64,000 nt of DNA from the human T2T-CHM13v2.0 reference genome, Homo sapiens, in NCBI RefSeq assembly GCF_009914755.1, contig NC_060940.1; one strand, given 5' to 3'. The notes beneath the pieces are model-generated. The model made no database searches, was not told where the DNA came from, and saw nothing but the letters and a program-made list of their open reading frames with translations. A program made the position numbers and the translations under genes. Below are positions 57,901 to 64,000 of this stretch, piece by piece; within the stretch, counting starts at the first letter, position 1, and each line of letters opens with the position of its first letter.

Positions 57901-60900
57901 ACAGTGAGCCATTCGATTCAATTCCATGATGATTCTATTTGATTCAATTGGTTGACATTTCCATTCGATTCCATTCGATGATGATTCCCTTTGATTCCGT
58001 TCAAAGATGATTCCATTCTAGCCCATTCAATCATTCCATTCGATTCTATTCAATGATGATTCCATTCATGTCGATTTGGTGATTCCATTTGACTTCATTT
58101 GATGATGATTCCTTTCAAGTTCATTAGATGATTCCATTCGATTCCATTTGATGATGATCCCATTCGAGTCCATTCAGTGATTCCATTCGTTTCCATTCCA
58201 TGATGATTCCATTCCTTTCCATTCAATGATTCCATTCGATTCCGTTTGATGATGATTTCATTCGAGTCCATTTGATGATTCCATTTGATTCCATTCGATG
58301 ATGATTCCATTCGAGTCCATTCGATGATTCTATTCGAATCCATTTGATGATTTCTTTTGATTATATTTGGTGATGATTCCATTGGAGTCCATTCAATGAT
58401 TCCATTCTATTCCAATCGATGATGATTCCATTAGAGTCCATTTAATGATTCCATTTGATTCCAGTCTCTGATGATTACATTCGAGTCCATACGATGATTC
58501 CACTCAATTCCATATGATGATGATTCCATTTGATTCCATTCGGTGATTCCATTCTATTCTATTCAATGGTGATTCCATTCGAGTACATTAGATGATTCCA
58601 TTCGTTTCCATTCAATGATGATTCTATTTGTGTCCCTTAGATGATTCCACATGATTCCATTAGATGATGATACTATTTGAGCCCATCCAATGATTCCCTT
58701 CGATTCCATTCGATGAGGATTCCATTCGATTCAATTCATTGGTGATTCTATTCAATTCAATTCTTTGATTCCATTCCATTCCATTCGACAATGATTCCAT
58801 TCGATTTCTTTCGATGATTCCACTCGATTCCACTTGACATTGATTCCATTCGATTCCATTCATTGATTCCATTTGATTCCAGTGGGTGATGATTGCCATC
58901 GATTCCATTCGATCACTCCATTCTATTCCATTTGATGATGATTACATTCGATTCCATTTGATGATTCCATCTGATTCTATTCGAGGATTCCATTTGATTC
59001 CATTCGATGATGATTCCATTCGAGTCCATTCGATGATTTCATTCGAGTACATCCAATGATTCCATTCGAGTCCATTAGATGATTCCATTTGATTCCATTT
59101 GAAAATGATTCTACTAGAGTCCATTCAATGACTCCATTCGAGTCCATTCAACAATTCCATTCGACTCCATTCGATGATTCCATTCGATTCCATTTGATGG
59201 TTCCATTCGAGTCCATTTAATCATTACAGTCGAGTCCATTTGGTGATTCCACTGGATTTCTTTTGATAATGATACCATTCAATTGCATTTGATGATGATC
59301 CCATTCAATTTCATTTGATGATGATTCCATTAGAGTCCATTCGATGATTTCATTCGAGTCCCTTCATTGATTCCATCCGATTTCATTGGATGATGACTCC
59401 ATTCGAGTCCATTCGATGATTCCACTCGATTCCATTAGATGACTCCATTGGAGTCCATTTGATTGTTCCATTCGATTCCATTCGATTCCTTTCGAAGATT
59501 ATTCCATTTGAGTCCATTCGATGATGATTCCATTCCATTCCATTCCATGATTCCGTTTGATTCCATTCGATGATTCCCTTCGATTCCTTTCTTTGATGAT
59601 TCCATTCCATTCCATTCAATGATTCCATTCGAATCTATTCCATGATGATTCCTTTCGATTCCATTCGCTGATGTTTCCGTTCAATTCCATTCGATGATGA
59701 TTCCATTCGATTCCATTCATTGAGGATTCCATTTGATTCCATTCAATGATGATTCCATTCTATTCCATTCAATGATTGCATTCAATTCCATTCAATGATT
59801 ATCCCATTAGAGTAAACTCAACGATTCCATTCAATACCATTCGATGATGATTCCTTTTGAGTCCATTCAATGATTTCATTCAAGTCCATTTGATGATTCC
59901 TTTCAATTCCATTCTATGATGATTCCATTCGAGTCCATTCGATGATTCCATTCGATTGCATTCGATGATTCCATTATATTCCATTCAACGGTGATTCCAT
60001 TCGAGTCCATTCCATGATTCCATTAGAGTACATTTAATGATTGCTTTGTTTTCAATTCGAAGATGATTACATTGGATTCCATTCTATGATACCATTCGAT
60101 TCCATTCAATGATGATTCCACTCAAATCCATTGGATGATTCCATTCGTGTCCATTCGGTGATTTCATTAGATTCCATTCGAGGATGATTCCATTCGATTC
60201 CATTCGATGATTCCATTCAATTCCATTCGATGATGATTCCATTCCAGTCCATATGATCATTCCATTTGATTTCATTCGATGATGATTCCATTCGATTCGA
60301 TTCGACGATTCCATTCTATTCCATTCGATGATGATTCCATTCGAGTCCATTCGATCATTCCATTCGAGTCCATTTAATGATTCCATTGGGTTCAATTCAA
60401 TGATGATTACATTGGATTCCGTTCTATGATTCCATTCAAATCCGTTCATTGACAATTTGATTCCATTCGATGATGATTCCATTTGAGTTCATTCGATGAT
60501 TCTATTCGATTCTCTTCGATGGTGATTCAATTCTATTATATTGGATGATTCCATTCGATTCCATTTGATGTTGATTCAATTCGATTCTATTCGATGATGA
60601 TTCCATTGGATTTCACTTGATGATTCTATTCGATTCCATTCAATGATGATTCACTTCTCGTCCATTGGATGATTCCATTTCATTCCATTCGATGATGATT
60701 CCATTCGATTCCATTCGATGATTCCATTTGATTCCATGCGACGGTGAGCAATTCGATTCAATTCCATGATGATTCTATTTGATTCAATTAGATGATGTTT
60801 CCATTCGAATCCATTCCATGATTATTCCATTGGAATCCATTCGGCGATGATTCCATATGAGTCAATTCAATGATGATTCCATATGGGTCCGTTCGATGAT

Positions 60901-61048
60901 AATTCCATTTGATTTCATTCGATGCTTCTATTCTATTCCAGTCGATGATGATTCCGTTGGAGTCCATACGATGATTCCATTTGATTTCATTTGATGATGA
61001 TTCCATTCGATGATGATTACATTGGATTCCATTCTATGATTCCATTCA
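54937..61048 (+). repeat. Higher-order unit 10 (6,112 bp)
   Basis: Landmark ORF 55177 recurs at 61289 (+6112). Confidence 0.95.
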
Positions 61049-64000
61049 ATTCCATTCGTTGATGATTCGATTCCATTCAATGATGATTCCATTTGAGTTC
61101 ATTCGATGATTCTATTCGATTCCGTTCGATGGTGATTCAATTCTTTTATATTGGATGATTCCACTCGATTCCATTTGATGATTATTCCATTGGAGTCCAC
61201 TTAGTGAATCCTTTAGATTCTACTCGACGATGATTCCATTCGAGTCCATTCGATGATACCATTCAATTCCATTCGTTGATGCTTCCATTCAAGTGCATTC
61301 GATGATATCATTTGATTCCATTTGATGATAATTCCATTTGATTCCATGCGATGATTCTATTCGATTCCATTCAATGATAATTCCATTCAATTCAGTGATT
61401 CCTCTGGACTCCATTTGATGATGATTCCATTCAATGATTCCATTCGATTCTATTCGAAAATGATTCCATTTGAATCCATTTGATGATGATTCCATTAGAT
61501 TCCATTTGATGATTCCATTCGATTCCATTCGACGATGATTCCATTCGATTCCGTTTGATGATTCCATTCTATTCTATTCGATGATGATTCCATTCGATTC
61601 CATTCGATGATGATTGGATTCGATTCCATTTGATGATTTCATTTGATTCCATTCGTTAATGATTTCGATCAATTCCATTCGATGATTCCATTCGATTCCA
61701 TTCGATAATGATTACATCCGAGTCCATTCGATGATTCCCTTTGAGCCTGTTCGATAATTCCATTTGAGTCCAACCAATGATTCCATTCATTTCCATTCAA
61801 TGATTCCATTCGAGTCCATTTGATCATTCCGGTAGGGTCCATTCGATGTTGATTCCATTGGAGTGCATTCGATGATTCCATTCGAGTCCATTTTAGGATT
61901 TGATTCAAGTCCTTTCGATGATTCCATTCGATTCCACTCGATGATGATTTCATTCGAGTCCATTCGACACTTCCAATCGATTCCATTTGATGATTCCATT
62001 CGAGTCCAATTGATGATTCCATTCAATTCCATTCGATGATGATTCCCTACGATTCCATTCTGTGATGATTCCATGTGATTGCATTCAATGATGATTCCTT
62101 TCGATTGCATTCGATTATGATTCATTTCGTGTTCATTCTATGGTTCCACAGGTTTCCATTCGTGTCCATTCCATTATTCCATTCTATTCCATTTGATGAT
62201 GATTCCATTCGATTCCATTCATTGGTGATTCCACTCAATTCCATTCAATGATTCCATTCCATTTCTTTCAACAATGATTCCATTAGTTTCTAATCGATGA
62301 TCCACTTGATTCCATTTGACGACGATTCCATTCTTGTCCATTCGATGATTCCATTTGATTCCATATGATGATGATTCCATTCGATTCCATACCATGATGA
62401 TTCCATTCGAGTCCATTCAATGGTGATTCCATTCAATTCCATTCGATGATTCCTTTTGATTCCATTCGATGATGATGGCATTCGATTCCTTTCAATCATT
62501 CCCTTTGATTCCATTCAAAGGTGATTTCATTCAAGTCCATTCGATAATTGCATTCGATTCCATTCTATGATGATTCCATTCGAGTCCATTTGATGATTCC
62601 ATTCAATTCAAGTCAATGATGATTCCATTCGATTCCATTCGATGATTCCATTGGATTCCATTCGATGATGATTCCATTCAAATCCATTCGATAATTCAAT
62701 TCAAGTCCATTCGATGATGATTCCAATCGAATCCATTCAAAGATTCCATTCAGTTCCATTCGATGATTCCCTTAGATTCCATTCGATGATTCCACTTGAT
62801 TGCATTTACGATGATTCCATTCGATTCCATGTGATGATGCCATTCAATTCTATTCAATGATGTCTCCATTTGATTCCATTCGACCATGATTGCCTTTGAT
62901 TCCATTCAATGATTCCATTCGGTTCCGTTTGATGATGATTCCGTTCGATTCCATTTGATGATTCCATTTGATTCCATTGGATGAGTCCATTCGATTACAT
63001 TCGATGATTATTCCATTCGAGTGCATTAGATGATTCCATTCGAGTCCATTCGATGATTCCATTCGATTCCATTCGATGTTGATTCTGTTCAAATCCATTC
63101 GATGATTCCACTCGATTCCATTCGTTGACTCCATTTGATCCCATTCGATGATTTCCTTTGATTCCCTTTGATGATCATTCCATTTGATTCAATTCGGTGA
63201 TTTCATTTGATTCCATTCAGTGATGTTTCCATTCGACTCCATTCGATGATGATTCCATTCGACTCCATTCGATTATGATTTCATTCAATTCCATTCGATA
63301 ATGATTCCCTTCGAGTCCATTCGATGATTCCATTCGATTCCATTCAACGATGATTTGATTCGTGTCCATTCGATGATTCCATTTGATTCCACTTGATGAT
63401 GATTCCATTCGAGTCCATTTGATGATTCCATTCAATTCCATACTCCGATGATTTCTTTTGAGCCCACTCAATGCTTCCACTCGATTCCATATGATGATGA
63501 CTCCATTCGATGAAATTCGATGATGATTCCATTCGCTTGCTTTCGATGATGATTCCACTTGAGTCCGTTAGAAGATTCTATTCAATTACATTCCATGACG
63601 ATTCCGTTCGAGTCCATTTGATGATTCCATTAGACTCCATTCGACGATGATTCCATTCGATGTTATTCGATGATTCCATTCGATCTCATTCGATGATGAT
63701 TCCATTCAACTCCATTCGATGTTTCCATTCGAGTTCATTCTATTATTCCATTAGATTCCATTCGATGATGATTCCATTCGATTCCATTTGATGATTGCAT
63801 TCTATTTCATTTGATGATGATTCCATTCGAGTCCACTCGATGATTCCATTCGAGTCCATTTAATGAATCCATTGGTTTCAATTCTATGATGATTACATTG
63901 GATTCCATTCGTTGATGATTTCATTCGGTTCCATTCAATGATGATTCCATTCAATTCCTTTCAATGTTTCCATTCAATTCCATACGATGATGATTCCATT
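61049..64000 (+). repeat. Higher-order unit 11 (partial, first 2,952 bp)
   Basis: Same landmarks (ORFs 61289, 61669, 62850, 63217), truncated by the window end. Confidence 0.95.

Larger units (their letters stand above)
1..64000 (+). repeat. Human Satellite 2 (HSat2/HSATII) array, probably subfamily HSat2B with a 6.1-kb period (chr16q11.2-type)
   Basis: Continuous degenerate ATTCCATTCG(A) decamers separated by ATG/ATGATG spacers, giving 23/26-bp monomers, with frequent CATTCGATTC and CATTCGAGTC words. This is typical of HSat2 rather than pure (CATTC)n HSat3. Orientation is the same throughout. Subfamily and locus are inferred from the 6,112-bp period. Confidence 0.96.

Noticed and set aside
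241-63558. About 170 short minus-strand ORFs (60-132 aa) with MESNGIIEWNRM-like repeats
   Set aside because: They are translations of the GAATG strand, which is ATG-rich and stop-poor. They overlap in multiple frames, appear or vanish with single substitutions, and show no domain or gene structure.
1-64000. CRISPR-like repeat/spacer array
   Set aside because: There are no unique spacers between identical repeats and no cas genes. All sequence is degenerate satellite monomer.
1-64000. HSat3, alpha satellite or telomeric repeat assignment
   Set aside because: Pure CATTC runs are only about 3 copies long (e.g. ~3834-3850), and I saw no 171-bp monomer, CENP-B box or TTAGGG array.
1-64000. Embedded transposon, inversion or foreign insert
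   Set aside because: Spacing of the landmarks is constant except for the 72-bp deletion, the strand never switches, and I saw no Alu/L1, poly-A or non-satellite sequence.
1-64000. A previously undescribed coding or defence system
   Set aside because: Nothing in the window needs an explanation beyond satellite structure and turnover, so claiming a system would be unsupported.

Overview
The whole 64 kb window is one uninterrupted block of classical Human Satellite 2 (HSat2/HSATII)-type DNA. It consists of degenerate 23-bp (ATTCCATTCGATTCCATTCGATG) and 26-bp (ATTCCATTCGATTCCATTCGATGATG) CATTC-derived monomers, with the CATTC strand on +. These are organised into a near-identical 6,112-bp tandem unit present about 10.5 times. 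A ~6.1-kb HSat2 period is characteristic of the HSat2B array in human chr16q11.2 pericentromeric heterochromatin; I inferred this placement and did not map it. I see no genes, RNA genes, transposons, CRISPR arrays or inversions, and the listed ORFs are by-products of the repeat. I found no convincing new biological system. What merits a second look is the array's fine structure: a 72-bp monomer-phase deletion in the first unit, unit haplotype blocks with mappable switch points, a tight cluster of co-inherited substitutions, old duplications inside the unit, CpG decay, and regularly spaced DUX4-consensus matches. All variant calls were made by eye from the sequence and the ORF track, so they need confirmation by alignment.
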